Assembly (NCBI GenBank): GCA_041659045.1
Contig: JBAZZB010000003.1
Location: forward strand, 28,212-92,211
Source: Patescibacteria group bacterium
GTDB lineage: Bacteria > Patescibacteriota > Patescibacteriia > SG8-24 > DYFX01
Length of the DNA stretch: 64,000 bases
Reading direction: 5' to 3'
The stretch's first letter is position 1, and every line of letters begins with the position of its first letter. The translations under genes were made by a program, and so were the position numbers. Below are positions 63,535 through 64,000 of this stretch, piece by piece. Below the pieces are notes generated by a model. That model made no database searches. It was not told where the DNA came from and saw only the letters and a program-made list of their open reading frames with translations.

Positions 63535-64000
63535 AGCGCTGGTGCTTCGACGCCTTCGACGGCGGCAATAATTTCTTCTGCAAGTCGCTCGTAGGCTTTG
63601 GCGCCTTTCGAGCCCGGGTCGTAATCGGCAATGACTTTTCCGTAGGACGGCGCCTCGGCCAAACGCACGTTGCGCGGCACGGCGGAACGGAAGATCTTGT
63701 TTGGGAAAAACTTGTAGAGCTCGGCCATGACTTCGTTCGAAAGCTTGTTGCGGCTGTCGAACATGGTAATGACGGCTCCAAGCACTTCGAGCTCGGGCTT
63801 CACGTGCTGCTTCACGAGATCAATCGTCTGCATGAGCGCGCCCAAACCTTCGAGCGCGAAGTACTCTGCCTGCACCGGGATCAGCACCTGATCGGCGGCG
63901 ATGAGGCCGTTGATCGTAAGAAGGCCGAGCGACGGCGGAGAGTCGATGATAATGAAGTCGTAGTCGTGCCGCACGCTCATGAGCGCGTCGGAGAGTTTGA
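63531..64000 (-). CDS. parA: ParA/Soj ATPase, C-terminal part (runs off the window end)
   Basis: DFIIIDSPPSLGLLT, PVQAEYFALEG, RNVRLAEAPS. Confidence 0.95.
   Translation of the reverse strand, partial: KLSDALMSVRHDYDFIIIDSPPSLGLLTINGLIAADQVLIPVQAEYFALEGLGALMQTIDLVKQHVKPELEVLGAVITMFDSRNKLSNEVMAELYKFFPNKIFRSAVPRNVRLAEAPSYGKVIADYDPGSKGAKAYERLAEEIIAAVEGVEAPAL

Overview
GC-rich bacterial chromosome segment using the standard genetic code (TGA is a stop). Gene content and style suggest Patescibacteria/CPR (Parcubacteria-like); this is inference, not a phylogenetic result. Core genes: Rrf2-sufBDSUCT, infC-rpmI-rplT, pyk, htrA, nrdR, ftsZ, ftsA, dgkA, ybeY, yqeY, rpsU, hisS, lepB, an LCP protein, der, pth, truD, dprA, topA, rel, parB and partial parA. 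There are two tRNAs, Asp-GTC and Val-CAC. The most striking element is a ~14 kb five-gene surface-structure locus (28575-42708) lying between yqeY and ybeY-dgkA-ftsA-ftsZ. It encodes two paralogous VirB2/TrbC-pilin-like fusion proteins (593 aa and a 3420-aa Ig-like/Cys-rich giant) and three membrane-anchored DxDxDG calcium-binding-repeat proteins. Other notable signals: a REP-associated tyrosine transposase (RAYT) bracketed by three copies of a 31-bp repeat beside AT-rich cargo-like genes; six identical TGATATG stop/start junctions through the suf operon; a 25-bp palindrome that is probably the Rrf2 operator; a FecR + CHASE2-cyclase pair coupled behind suf; a tRNA ending 1 nt before lepB; and a split between SD-less core genes and self-contained SD-led orphan genes. 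No CRISPR array, rRNA or prophage was seen. Domain names come from motif recognition by eye, not from database searches.
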